DNA of 41,795 nucleotides from Chiloscyllium plagiosum (lineage: Eukaryota). A program made the position numbers and the translations under genes. A model generated the notes under the pieces. That model was not told the DNA's origin. It was given only the letters and a program-made list of their open reading frames with translations, and made no database searches. The stretch spans positions 93,215,971 through 93,257,765 of the forward strand of contig NC_057718.1 in assembly GCF_004010195.1 (NCBI RefSeq). The letters run 5' to 3'. The stretch's first letter is position 1. Every line of letters begins with the position of its first letter. Shown here one piece after another: positions 10,428 to 22,599 of this stretch.

Positions 10428-11727
10428 CTAAAAGCAACACATGAAGACATTTCCAACAGCAGTATAGTCACTAATGTCGTGAAATTCAAGCAAGTGAAGG
10501 AAGGAAATTGGCAACTTAACCCTTTGCCATTTTAGGTCATGTTGGCATCTTAAAGTGTCACAAACAGAAAGAAAACCTGAAGCTGCAAAAGCTTTGTGCA
10601 TGCACAAGTGATTTACCCCTTGATAAGATAATAAAAAGAGTGGTTGAAAAGCTTAAATATCAAATGTTCCATCTACGCGCAATGGAAAGTGTTTACATTC
10701 TTACTCCAGTGAGTTCATCTCGCTTACAAATTATATTTGCCTTGTGTGAATTGCTTTGAACTTACTGTAATTGTGTGAAAACAAAGTAATATTATAGAGC
10801 AGGTAACATAACAACCTTTCCTCAGATAGCTGGTAGATAGTACTCACGGTTTGCACAAAGGAGTAAAGTTTAACGTTGAATTTAAGCCACGACATTGAGT
10901 GCGATAAGATCTTTAATGAGCAGTTGCATGCTGCAGCAACATCGCATGATACCCATCATGTCAAAAGGGTAAGGATCTGCAGTTTAAGAACTATCAAGAA
11001 TTCCATCTGAACTGTTTTTGGAAAGCATCCACAATACCACACACTCTGTGATTATTCTTGTTAAAGACCTCCATCAGAATAAGACTTGGCATAGACTTGT
11101 GGTTTTACCCTACTTAGATGTGAATGTTCCCTGTTTGCACATTTCAGCAGTCCATTGTTGATTCACTCTGATTTGAGTTAGAGATATCGTTACTTGCACC
11201 ATTGCCTCATATTTTTGGATTGTAAGCAAAATAATCCTGGCAGTTCCTCAGTCTCTTTTCTGTCTCAATTATGCCCAAAAACTGGAAGATTTTCCCCTGT
11301 CCTTGGGGGACATTATCATATGTGAGACTGTGCATAATTTTTGGAATACTGAAGTAATCCTGCAAATTAGCCTAATAGCTGTTGAGACCCATTCAAGCAT
11401 TTTAATGTCCACTACACTGATACGTGATAGTGAGAGATTGCCTTGTTTAAAATACAACCCGACTGCAATCAGTCAGGGCCAATCTGTTGATGGATTTGCT
11501 TTCATGTTCACAACACGCCCTGCTATCATGTCAATGCATTCATCAGTTTCTTGGAACAAAGCCCAATTCACCCTCAGGCCCTTCCCTTTTTATCAATTTT
11601 ACTGGATCTCGGATTCTGCAAGACCCTGATGGTATAGAAATAAAAAGGCTGGTCAGACTGTCAGCGCTGCCATCATTGTAAAAGTTCAAGCAATGCTCTG
11701 AAAGGAGCAGTTCTCAAGCTTAAATTG

Positions 11728-11992
11728 GACAGAGAGCTGCGGATGCTGGAGATCTGAAACAAACAAACAAAAGGCAGAAATAGCTGGAGAAGCTCAGCAG
11801 GTCTGGCAGCATCTGTGAAGCGAGTTTCCGCAAGTTCTGAAGGAGAGTCATTGGTCACAAAACCTGAACTCTGCTTTCTCTTTGTCAATGTAGACCAGGC
11901 TTAAGAAACCAAACGGCCTACTCATGTTCCTGTTTCTTGTGCTGTTCTTCTGTTGCCAAACCTGTTGAGTTCCTCCAACGATTTCTGTTTAT
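11728..11992. mobile_element. PLE-derived inverted-arm element, family C, with degenerate HHR
   Basis: Left arm gctggagaagctcagcaggtctggcagcatctgtg is inverted against the right arm; AGTT CTGAAGG..AAAACCTG AACT at 11833-11870; short CR1-tail insertion at about 11885-11950. Confidence 0.65.
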
Positions 11993-12079
11993 GTTCTGTA
12001 ACTAATTTGAACTAATTGCGGTGCATTCAATTTTGAACTCTTTCACAGAATTATGGAACGTCAGAGTACAGGAAGAGAC

Positions 12080-12135
12080 TGAGCTGAAAATGTGTTGCTG
12101 GAACAGTGCAGCAGGTCAGGCAGCATCCAGGGAGA
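12080..12135 (-). mobile_element. Family B PLE fragment
   Basis: tgctggaacagtgcagcaggtcaggcagcatcc matches 1868-1900. Confidence 0.6.
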
Positions 12136-12139
12136 CTGC

Positions 12140-13110
12140 TTAGCTGTTTCAGCTCTTTGAAAGAGTTGGCCTATTTAGTCCCACAGTCCACCCTTACCTC
12201 CATAACCCTGCAAATTTGGCTTTTTCAAGTACATATTTAAAAAGCCATTTAATTTAGAGGCAATTAAAAAATAAACCAAGTGAAGAACTTGTCATTGCAT
12301 TCTCCTGCCAATCATTTTCGACTTTTGACCTTTGGTTGTGAGAGTCTTGTCAAGAGGAAATAGTTTCTTCCGACTTGAGTGCAGTCCACCTCTCCGTTAT
12401 TTTGAATACCTCTTCTGGTACTTTCCATGTTCCTAATTGATTTGGAGATGAAGAATTATCGATCCATGGAGTCATCGAGGTCTACGGGACATTGGTCTGC
12501 ATTGTCAAGACCAATCACCTAACTGTTCTAATCCCATCTTCCAGCACTTGGCCCAGAGCCTTGCCTACCTTGGCATTGCAAGTGCACATCTAAATACCTC
12601 TTAAATGGTAGAAAGGTTACTCCCTCTACCAGTCTTCGAGGCAGTGAGTTCCAGATTCCCAGCACCATTAGAGGGGGAAAAGGGTTTTCCTCATATCTCC
12701 TGTAAACATTCTGGCCCTTCCCCAACATCCTGGTTATTGATACCTCCAGTAAGGTGAAGGTTTCTTCCTGTCTTCCCTATCTCTGACCACCACCCCCCCA
12801 CCCTGTCTCCTCTAGTAAGTTGTCTTTGGTGTCCTGGACTTCTCTTCCTGAAATCTACAGCAGCCATTTCTCTGGACTTACTGTTAGATTTGTGCTCATG
12901 TCAGTGGCACCTTGAGGCCATCTTGATTTTATGCATAAGAACGTTAGAGGTCAGCCATCCAGCATCTTCTACATCATTCAATTACATTATAGCTTAACTT
13001 TCCATTTCAATTTTCCCTCCTATATCCCTACATTCAACTTGGTGCACAAATATTTATCAGTGGTAGTTATGAATTGAATTAACAACTGAACATCCACAGC
13101 ACTTTAGTCC
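12140..13110 (-). mobile_element. Cluster of degenerate CR1-type 3' fragments
   Basis: Minus ORF ..GIWNSLPRRLVE..FKRYLDVHL (12528-12728); flanking pieces resemble CR1 3' UTRs. Confidence 0.6.
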
Positions 13111-13324
13111 AAAATGGCCAATCCTTTATCCTGCCGCCCTTAATCTTCCCTGACAGCCAGATGGCGCTTGCTATACCATGGCCAGCTTTCAGCATGAGGA
13201 CTTGTGGGCAAAATGTTTTCACAAGCGGGCTGGCTGTCTGCATTTTTAAATAAACATTGAACAGCCCCTGGTATGCTATTGCAATGAATTTATGAAAGGG
13301 TGAGCAGGAACTTATCAAAATTAA

Positions 13325-14230
13325 ATGAAAATGTCATTATCAGTGGTAATAGTGTGCCCCAGCCCCTGAGGCGCCCACTGGTCCTTAACTCTCTACGGGA
13401 GTGCCAGTGAACTCTGCAGATATCCTCTCCACAGAGATTTGAGTGCCGGCATAACCTCGGAAGAGGGGCAAGCCTCTCCATGGTCTGCTGTCTGGACTTG
13501 TTGGTGGTTGTCTTGACCAGGCCTGAGAGCAGACAGTAAGGAGGTCCTTCAAGCTGCCTGCAATCCCATCCCCGAGTCCCTTCTCATGGGGTCATGGTAA
13601 ATCAGGAGCATGGGGCTAAAGTGCAGCCAATAATTTGGAAGCAGCCCTTTCAGAACTCCAAACAGAAGCTGCAAATGAAAACATTCAAAATAAGCAGGAA
13701 ATGCTAGGCCATCTGAAATGGCCTGGCACCCTGTGAATTTACATAAATGCCTATTGCACGGCACAGCTGCATACTATATTCTCCACCTCAGATCGCCAAA
13801 GGTCAGAGGGAGGACTCCCTTAAAGAGAACCTCCACCAGGGGGAGCTCCACCACTGGAAGGTAGGGCATCGCACCAGGGTACATCCGGATGGGGATCAAA
13901 GATGAGCAAGTCGGGGGAGTGCAGCAGGAACGCATAGAGGAAACTCCCTTTGTGCTGTTTTAGAAGGGTGCCAAGAAAGTTTCTTCGAGTCAGATGAAAC
14001 TGTGGAATGCGGGATCCCATCAGCAGGTTCTGTTTCTGGGGCCAGTATCTCATTCTAGGCGCATGGAGGTCAGTTTATCCAGGAGCTCCCCGAACCCTGA
14101 AGCTCTTCAAATCCCTTCTGCATTCCTAGCAATGAGTACCATGGTCACGAAGCTATGGATGGCTCAGGCAATTAGCCTAACAGCTAATTGCTCCAATGTC
14201 GTCCACCATCAGGCTTGCTGACTATTCCGG
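13325..14230 (-). mobile_element. Tx1/L1-clade LINE ORF2 C-terminal relic
   Basis: Frameshifted minus-strand peptides PDVPW, GVLPLTFGDLRWRI, AVPCNRHLCKFTG, LKGLLPNYWLHFSPMLLI, LFRGYA match Tx1-type ORF2 C-termini. Confidence 0.75.
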
Positions 14231-15484
14231 ATTTGTATCAGCAGTTAAAATAGATCTGTTAATCTCAAATTGATATCAGCCTGAACCCATTTTTCCCTAT
14301 TGTCACCTTGCGACAATGGAAATCATATGGCAAATCAATTCAACATAAAAGGGAGCATAATCTAATAATTTATGACTTTGTTGAAATGCTGTCTTTCCAA
14401 TAGTGAGTAATATTCAATAATGAATTAGATCTTGATGTGTTTTGACTCATGTGAAGAACAAATGTTGTCCATGTAACATTGCATATTCCCTTAGGCCATC
14501 TCTGACTGAGCCACGTGCTAAGCTAAGCAGCAATCGCTTTCAAACCTTCATAACCAGGGTGAGAGAGTAGGGTAAGGAACTGCAGACCTGCAGAACATTC
14601 TTCATTCTGGTTTATTACCAATTAGCTTCAAATGCACTTCAAAATGTAATAAGAACGTGAAATGTTTGCCCCTGGCAAATTTGCAAATTTGCCAATTTGC
14701 ATTAATTGTAAACCTTGTGTCTAGCAGCTCATTTAGTGTAGCTAAATGATGAGTTTCTACTTTATAGTCACAAGCAGCCCCGTCTAAAGAACTGGATTTT
14801 TAAACCATTCATTCATGGGATTTGGGCCTTGCTTACTGGGCCAGCATTTATTGCATGTCTCCAGTTGCCTTCGAGAAGGTTGCTTTCCTGAACTGCTGCA
14901 ATCCATGTGCTGTTGGGAGATCCATATTTTGAGCCACTGTTAATGAAATATTGACAATCTGTTTCCAAGTCAAGATTTCTCCTGTTGCTAGTCATGCAGA
15001 ATATTCTGAAAGAAAGCAGTCAAATTCATATGAATACAGGCAGATCGATTGATAAGGGCATTGTGCAGCACTACGTGGCCCAGAAACTCTGTGCTGTTTG
15101 AAGTCTAACGATCGAAAGGTAGTATTTGAAGGGGAGCTGTGGTGGAATAAATGCAAGTGAATTCTGAATAGAATGGACCTGATGTTCCCAATAACCTTCC
15201 CTCACCTGCTTGTGGTCATTAAAATGGAAATAAACCAATAAAGTTGTTCCAGCAGTCTCCATGGAATGATAATCACACAGTTATTGCTATGGGCAAGTAG
15301 TTCATTCACTCAGGTGATGAGGATACAAATTTACGCTGTTGCCTTCTCTGTTTTTCAGACAACAATTATAATCATTGCTTCATTGTGGCCTGGCAATATC
15401 AGTGGCAGGGTTTGTCTGGAATACCAGGTTGAATGCTAAACCTATTGGTCATTAACTCTACAGTTTTCCTGTTCTTTTTACCTC

Positions 15485-15668
15485 ATTAGATCAGATTAGA
15501 CTAGATTCCCTACAGTTTGGAAAATAGGCCCTTCGGCTCAACAAGTCCACACCGACCCTCTGAAGAGTAACCCACCCAGATCCATTCCCCACATTTATCC
15601 CAAATTAATGCACATCACACTATGGGCGATTTAGCATGGCCAATTCACCTGACCTGCACATCTTTTGA
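15485..15668 (-). mobile_element. HE1-like V-SINE, 3' half
   Basis: agattagactagattccctacag...ggcccttcggctcaacaagtccacaccgacc. Confidence 0.85.
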
Positions 15669-15789
15669 TTACCAATGTAGTGACAGGAAAATCGAATTTC
15701 CTTGGTTTGACTGACTTGCTTTCAGTCTGCTTCGAATTGGTGAGTCAGATAATGGAACTGCAAATGAGCTAAATGTGAACCTGGACATT

Positions 15790-16009
15790 CGGGAGCGATT
15801 CTGGAGATCTGAAACAGAAAATGCTGGAGAAACTCAGCAGGTTTGGCAGCATCCGAGGAGCGAGGGGCACAATTCATATTTTGAGACCAGTGACCCTCCG
15901 TCAGAACTAGAAGCAGCTGAGAAATGTGGTATTTTTGCTGATGACAATGAGTCGGATTTGAGGGTGTGGTGTGGGACATGGAATGAGTTGAATAGATGGA
16001 GACAGTGCC

Positions 16010-16046
<37 letters not shown>

Positions 16047-16555
16047 GGAATGAGAGAAGCAGACAACGGGGTTGCTGATGATAAGCCAGGAAAAAGATAA
16101 ATGCTGAATGGATGCTAATGGAAAGTGTGGATTTGTTAAAAATGGGTTGTCCGCGTTGGGAGCAACCCATGCAGAACAGGATCAGTGAACGCGGAGTTTG
16201 GTAAAAATACTTGGAGAAGGATGTTTATGCTCTCAAATTGCTAAACTCAATGTTGTGTCCTGAGAGCTGTAAGGTGACTCAGTGGAAGTTCTTCAGTTGT
16301 TGGAGCACTGCAGCAAGCCTGAGACAGAGACGTTGACATGGCACCATGATGGTGTGTTGAACTAGCAGGCAACTGGAAGCTCGGGGTCATATTTACGGAT
16401 TGTGGGGAGGCATTTCACAAAGCCAGCCTGACCATTGTAGAGGAGATCACATGGTGAACAGTAGATATAATGTAGGTTGAGTGAAGTGCAGGTAAAGCAC
16501 TGCTCCACCTGGAAGACGTGTCTTGGGCCTTTGGTGGTGAGGAGGAAGAAGATGC
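15790..16555 (-). mobile_element. Neptune-type PLE relic: GIY-YIG domain, 3' UTR and family C terminus
   Basis: GPRHVFQVEQCFTCTSLNL.YIYCSPCDLLY.G...DPELPVAC and TLQLSGHNIEFSNL; degenerate HHR at about 15870-15910; (GA)n at 16014-16040. Confidence 0.8.
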
Positions 16556-16709
16556 CCATCAGATTGAAAAGGGTGGAGAGTTTAATAGCATGTCATCCCC
16601 CAAGATAGCAGTCCCCCTCTCATCAGTGATCCCCAACTCTAATTTTCAATTGACAGCAAGAATGTTAACATATGTTGTGGTTCTGTTCACCGAGCTGGGA
16701 ACTTGTGTT

Positions 16710-16749
16710 GCAGACGTTTCGTCCCCTGTCTAGGTGACATCCTCAGTGC
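16710..16749 (-). ncRNA. Intact minimal type I hammerhead (family D)
   Basis: GCA CTGAGGA T GTCACCT AGAC AGGGGAC GAAACGTC TGC; all core nucleotides present, GUC site, ACGU palindrome. Confidence 0.85.
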
Positions 16750-16910
16750 TTGGGAGCCTCCTGTGAAGCAATTCTGTGATCTTTCCTCCGGCATTTATAG
16801 TGGTTTGAATCTGCTGCTTCCGGTTGTCAGTTCCAGCTGTCCGTTGCAATGGTCGGTATATTGGGTCCAGGTCGATGTGCTTATTGATTGAATCTGTGGA
16901 TGAGTGCCAT

Positions 16911-17422
16911 NNNNNNNNNNNNNNNNNNNNNNNNNNNNNNNNNNNNNNNNNNNNNNNNNNNNNNNNNNNNNNNNNNNNNNNNNNNNNNNNNNNNNNNNNN
17001 NNNNNNNNNNNNNNNNNNNNNNNNNNNNNNNNNNNNNNNNNNNNNNNNNNNNNNNNNNNNNNNNNNNNNNNNNNNNNNNNNNNNNNNNNNNNNNNNNNNN
17101 NNNNNNNNNNNNNNNNNNNNNNNNNNNNNNNNNNNNNNNNNNNNNNNNNNNNNNNNNNNNNNNNNNNNNNNNNNNNNNNNNNNNNNNNNNNNNNNNNNNN
17201 NNNNNNNNNNNNNNNNNNNNNNNNNNNNNNNNNNNNNNNNNNNNNNNNNNNNNNNNNNNNNNNNNNNNNNNNNNNNNNNNNNNNNNNNNNNNNNNNNNNN
17301 NNNNNNNNNNNNNNNNNNNNNNNNNNNNNNNNNNNNNNNNNNNNNNNNNNNNNNNNNNNNNNNNNNNNNNNNNNNNNNNNNNNNNNNNNNNNNNNNNNNN
17401 NNNNNNNNNNNNNNNNNNNNNN
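16911..17422. other. Assembly gap (512 N)
   Basis: Run of N. Confidence 1.
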
Positions 17423-17703
17423 ACACGACCAGCTATCCTTAGTAGCCACACACGCAGATGACAAGCAACGTGAATTCGACTGGGACAACATTACTATTAT
17501 AGGACAAGCCAAACAGAGAACAGCCAGGGAATTCCTAGAGGCATGGCACTCATTCACAGATTCAATCAACAATCACATCGACCTGAGCCCAATAGACCGA
17601 CCACTGCAACGGACAGCTAGAACTGACAACCGGAAGCGGCAGATTCAAACCACTATAAATGCCGGAGGAAACATCACAGAAGCGCTTCACAGGAGGCTCC
17701 CAA

Positions 17704-17743
17704 GCACAGAGGATGTCACCTAGACAGGGGACAAAACGTCTGC
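17704..17743 (+). ncRNA. Degenerate hammerhead (family D)
   Basis: GCA CAGAGGA T GTCACCT AGAC AGGGGAC AAAACGTC TGC; two core mutations. Confidence 0.65.
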
Positions 17744-18173
17744 AACACAAATTCCCAGCTCAGCGAACAGAACCACAACAACGAGTACCCGAGCTACAAA
17801 TCTTCTCACAAACTTTGAATATTAACATATGCTGATCTATTACTGAGCATCCTCTATTATAAATACCTTCCTCTTCCACCTTTTCACGTTATTCCTCCGA
17901 AAAACTTGACACAGTGGTCTGCTTGAAATGTTGAGCCATAACAGTTCATAAAAGGAATAGTTTCAAATGTTCTGATGCCAGCTGATGATAACACAAGTTA
18001 GATCTCAGAGTGAAAACTGGCTTAATAGAAATTCATTTGTATTTCTGCCATTTGGTTAATGTGATGTTTGGTCATTGAACATTGTCAGAACAGGCAGCCA
18101 ATGTACTTTTAACAAAAGATCATCAAAGCTTAATTCACAAAACCAGGAAATAATTACGAAGAATTTTACATAT

Positions 18174-18481
18174 GGGTGGCACGGTGGCACAGTGGTTAGC
18201 ACTGCTGCCTCACAGTGTCAGAGACCTGGGTTCAATTCCTGCCTCATGCAAGTGTCTATGTGGAGCTTGCACATTCTCCTGGTGTCTGCATGGGTTTGCT
18301 CCGGTTTCCTCCAACAGTCCAAAAATGTGCAGGTTAAGTGAATTGGCCATGCTAAATTGCCTATAGTGTTAGGTGAAGGGGTAGATGTAGGGGAATGGAT
18401 CTGGGTGGGTTGCTCTTCGGAGGGTCGGTGTGGACTTGTTGGGCCAAAGGGCCTGTTTCCACACTGTAAGTAATCTAATCA
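18174..18481 (+). mobile_element. HE1-like V-SINE, full length
   Basis: gggtggcacggtggcacagtggttagcactgctgcctcacag...ctgtaagtaatctaatc. Confidence 0.92.
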
Positions 18482-19319
18482 TTTAAGAACTATGTGACGT
18501 GGACTTATTACAAATGACAGAAGTAAAGATTCAAAACTTTTAACCTCAACAACACCCTTATTTGGACTCTAATCTCAAGGAGAATAACCCTGTTTCCACT
18601 TTAAAGTTCCTGCTACTGTTGGTATACCTCATTTTGTTAATGCCTATCCTTGAGGCCCTTATGTAAGTCGCATGCACTTACTTCAAGGTATGAATTCCTT
18701 AAATTCCACTTTCATTGCCTTCTATTTCTGGATCTTTCTCTTACTGACATTAAACCACTCAGAACTTTTGTTTTTCTTCTGTCTGACTGTTGAGGAGACT
18801 GCTAAACTACACAATTAATCTCTTTTTCCATCTATGACCTGCTTTCTATCTGAAAAAAACCAGCACACTCACTGTCCTCTGGATGGTTTCATCTTTTTAA
18901 AGGGAAATTGTTTCTGTATCTCCCTGTAGCATAGGACATCGTGTTGTTTGGAAACAAAACAATTTTTTGTTCTCTCTCTACTATAGTTGTTCCTCTAAAG
19001 CGCTGAACAATTTACCACAGAAAGATTTTTTTTGAAGGATACAATTTAAATACATCCAGCACAACTAATAACTCAAAAGTAAATTAATTTTTTAACCACA
19101 TAACATTGTAATACAAATCAAACTTAAAGCTAATCACTGTTCTACTCGCTTTAAAGCTCATGTTTCCACAAGTAAAATGTCAGGAGCCTTTAGCTCCTGA
19201 TGTCTTCAAACTAACTTTTAGCTTGGTGTAACCATGAAATTATCTTATTCATGTTCTGGCTGACCTGTTGTAATAATTTTAACTTACTCAAAAGGCTTTC
19301 AGTTAAACACAAGTCAAAA

Positions 19320-19392
19320 TTGAGAGTGTGATGCTGGAAAAGCACAGCAGGTCAGGCAGCATTCGAGGAGCAGGAGAATTGACGTTTCGGGT
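19320..19392 (-). mobile_element. Family B PLE fragment truncated inside the HHR
   Basis: tgctggaaaagcacagcaggtcaggcagcattcgaggagcaggagaattgacgtttcggg. Confidence 0.75.
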
Positions 19393-20439
19393 CAGTCAAA
19401 ATTGGCCTGTAGTGTCTGAAGATGTTCAGCTGAGAGTTTACTATAATGGGATTTGGCTGGAGCACCAGCAGTCACACACTGATAGTATCAACTTTGAATG
19501 TTTCTGTGTGGTACAATATGGTGTGGATTAGAGGAGACTGCAGCTAACATGAGTTCTAACACCTCTAGTGTGTCACCACTAACAAAGTTAAAAGGCGTTT
19601 CAGTTAATGTACTACAGCTGATATTGCAGCAAATCCCTCTGTGTAAGCTCGTTTTCAGCAGTAGCTTAGATGATTTCTTATGCACTCATGCACACGTCAG
19701 TTGATTATGTGCTATTCACACCTTCAGCAGTGACAGGAATTCAACTAAATCCAAGAAGCTTATTTTTGCACTGATGAAAGGGGTCTCTTGCTTAGCCGAA
19801 GCACTGTCTGTAAGCGGCACACCCCCAAACCTGGCACCACCATTTTTGTCAGGAGGAGAATGGGGGTTGGTGGTCATGTGCAAGTCCATGCTTCACAGAG
19901 GGATCTGTGCGGGTAAAAGTGCACCTTCATTCCAGTTGCATAAATTCTTCGATACTGAGAGGTCAAAAGCACATCGTGTGGCCATTAGACATTTGATTAA
20001 ATCATTGCACCCCCAAAATCGGAATGAGACTTGTTTATTAGAGTTATCGTGTTTAACATCTGCACAATGTGATAAAGCAATGCTAGTAACTAATATAATA
20101 CATTATCTTGCAATGCATTGGTGTGGACGTTTACGAAGAATAAATTAGAGGGAATCTCATGAAGGTTGCTAAACTGCCCTAATAATCTCACAGGCTCTTT
20201 TTCCACCTATTACCTGCTTCCATCTGAAAGAAACCTGTGGACTCACTGCCCTCTCGTTAGTTCCATCCTTCGAAAGAGAAATTGATTCTGTGTCTCACTT
20301 CTTGCTTCATAGGACACCTTGTTGATCAGAAAAAATGCATTTCTTGTTCCCTTTCTTCTGTCCTTGTTTTTAATAACGCACTGAACAAATCACCTCAAGA
20401 GATTTTTTTTAAGAATGTCTCATTTTAATCAATCCCACT

Positions 20440-20708
20440 GGGCGGTATGGTGGCTCAGTGGTTGACACTGCCGCCGTGCAGCGCCAGCGACCCAGGTTCA
20501 ATTCCACCCTCGGGCTGTGTGAAGTTCTCCCCACGTCCGCATGGGTTTCCTCAGAGTGCTCCGGTTTCCTCCAAAGATGTGCAGAATAGGTGTAGTTGCC
20601 ATGATGTGCAGGCTAGGTGGGAAATGCATGGTTACAGGGATGGGATAATGTTTGGAGGGTGGGTGTGGACTTGATGGGCTACTTCCACACTGCAGAAATT
20701 CTATGACT
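20440..20708 (+). mobile_element. HE1-like V-SINE, internally deleted
   Basis: ggtggctcagtggttgacactgccgcc...ggttcaattcc. Confidence 0.85.
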
Positions 20709-21829
20709 TGAATGCATACAAACACATTTCCATACATCCAGCACAACTAACAGAACTCAAAACTAAACCTAAGTCCTTCCTTTAATCCACACAAACCTTC
20801 CCACTTTTAGGGAATACTTGCCCTGCTTTGTTCCATTAGGCACTCAGTAGGCCAGCAATGGGCTTTCCCCCCGGATCCAGGTTCCTGCTGGGGAAATCGC
20901 ACGTTGACAGTCATAATGAAGGCCAAGGTCTTGGCATGGGGCTTGAACTCAGAGTGATTCTGACCCAGAGGTAGGGATACTACTACTTCCCCACAGGACC
21001 TTTACACTTGAGCTATCCCCGTTAAAGGCAGTTGGAAAAGAAAATTCCTCCCATAATTGATTCAGCTAACATGGAATGCACTGCCGCACATTCACTATAT
21101 CAATGGATATGCTGAAAGCAGAATGGTTACTTGGGACACGACAATATTAAGTGATGAGGGTGGGGTTGGCCTATCTCTTGGGTATTCCTGATCCAAGGCC
21201 TAGTCTCCAATCAGCATGGGTCATTGATTGTCCAAACCAGCCCATGGCCTGTTCAACTATCCTTTGTAATTAGCTGAGGGCTGCAACACACTAGGCTCCA
21301 GTTCCACTTCACTGGTGTCTCTGCCAGTCTTGCTGTTACAACCTCAAAACAGTAGCATCTCCAACCTTCCCATTCAGGTGCATGAATTTTATCCTTGGTG
21401 CCTAATGGAAAAATGTTGTGCACATTTTCTTTGCTGAAAGATCATATATGTCCTTATCATGTCACGCTAGACTCTTTCACTCTTTCTCTCAGTCTCACTT
21501 TATACAATGAGCTCTCGTTGTAAACTTACCCAACCTTGAGGCCCTGGTTTATTTTTTGAATTGGAACTGTAGAGGAGAGTGTATCATATGGCAGTGTATA
21601 AAAAATTATTGATTCATCGCTTGCAGCCTACTGTTTGTTATGAATATACTGCTGGTTTCACTTAGCTGCCTTGCAAGATTTGTGGATAACCGAAGAGCTA
21701 CTTTCTGGTGAATCTATAGTTTTAATGTGGAACTCAGAAAGTTAAATCATTTGCAATAAATATAATGGAAATATAATCAAGCTTCATGAAATTCAGCTGA
21801 AACAAAAGAAAATTATTACAACCTGGTAT

Positions 21830-22170
21830 AAATCATGTTATGGAGTTATACAGCAGGGAAACAGACCCTTGAGTTCAACTCAACTGCACTGACCAGATAT
21901 CCTAAATTAGTCTAGTCCTATTTACCAGCATTTGGCCCATATCCCTCTAAACCCTTCCTGTACCAACACTCATCCAGATGCCTTTTAAATGTTGCAATTG
22001 TACCAGCCTCCACCACTTCCTCTGGCAACTCATTCCATACACGCATCATCCTTTGCATGAAAACATTGCCCCTTAGGTCCCTTTTAAATCCTTCCCCCTC
22101 ACCTTAAACCTACACCCTCTAGTTCTGGACTCCTCCACCCCAGGGAAAAGATCTTGGCCCTTCATGATTT
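21830..22170 (-). mobile_element. CR1 LINE 3' end
   Basis: Reverse complement of the same CR1 tail as 28130-28425 (ccagcatttggcccatatccctctaaaccc). Confidence 0.85.
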
Positions 22171-22242
22171 GAACGATGCAGCTTCCTGACAGGCGATAAA
22201 TAAAAAGAAGAAAGTAAAATGTGAACAGACTGATCTAATAAC

Positions 22243-22576
22243 TTATTTTATTCACAGGATGAGGGTGCTGCTGGCTAGGACAGCATTTATTGCCCAGATG
22301 GCAGTTACGGGTCAACCACATTGCTATGAGTCTGGAGTCACATGTAGGCTAGACCAGGTAAGAATAGCAGTTTCCTTCCCTAAAGGACATAAGTGAACCA
22401 GATAGGTTCTGCCTGACTATTGATTCATGGCCATTACTAGTCACTTAATTCCAAATATCTTTTGAATTCAAGTTTCACCAGGTGTTGTGGTGGGATTTGA
22501 ACACAGGTCCCCCAAACATTACATGGGCGTTTGGATTAACAGCCCAGAGCTAATACCACTCAGCCATCATTGCCCC
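22243..22576 (-). mobile_element. tRNA-headed SINE with L2-like tail
   Basis: Aligns with 9446-9808 (caaccacattgct..tctggagtcacatgtagg). Confidence 0.8.
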
Positions 22577-22599
22577 TGAAACATTTATTTCCTCTGCTC

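Larger units (their letters stand above)
16673..17818 (+). mobile_element. Penelope/Poseidon-type PLE (family D) with inverted pLTR, spanning an assembly gap
   Basis: Right part encodes HDQLSLVATH...EFDWDN...REFLEAWHS..SIN.HIDL; left arm 16673-16910 is its reverse complement without the 38-nt tail; TSD aat[g/a]ttaacatatg at 16661-16674 and 17818-17831. Confidence 0.85.
18821..20770. repeat. Two diverged direct copies of an unclassified ~270-bp sequence
   Basis: 18821-19085 aligns with 20196-20430 plus 20731-20770 (tctttttcca.cta..acctgct...ctcactg..ctct...cataggaca...tacatccagcacaactaa). Confidence 0.75.

Noticed and set aside
16730..17723. Long ORFs of 180-300 aa
   Set aside because: Artefacts of reading through the N gap; only the PLE-derived flanks are real
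18174..18245. tRNA genes
   Set aside because: The A/B boxes are SINE heads followed by the HE1 body, with no complete cloverleaf
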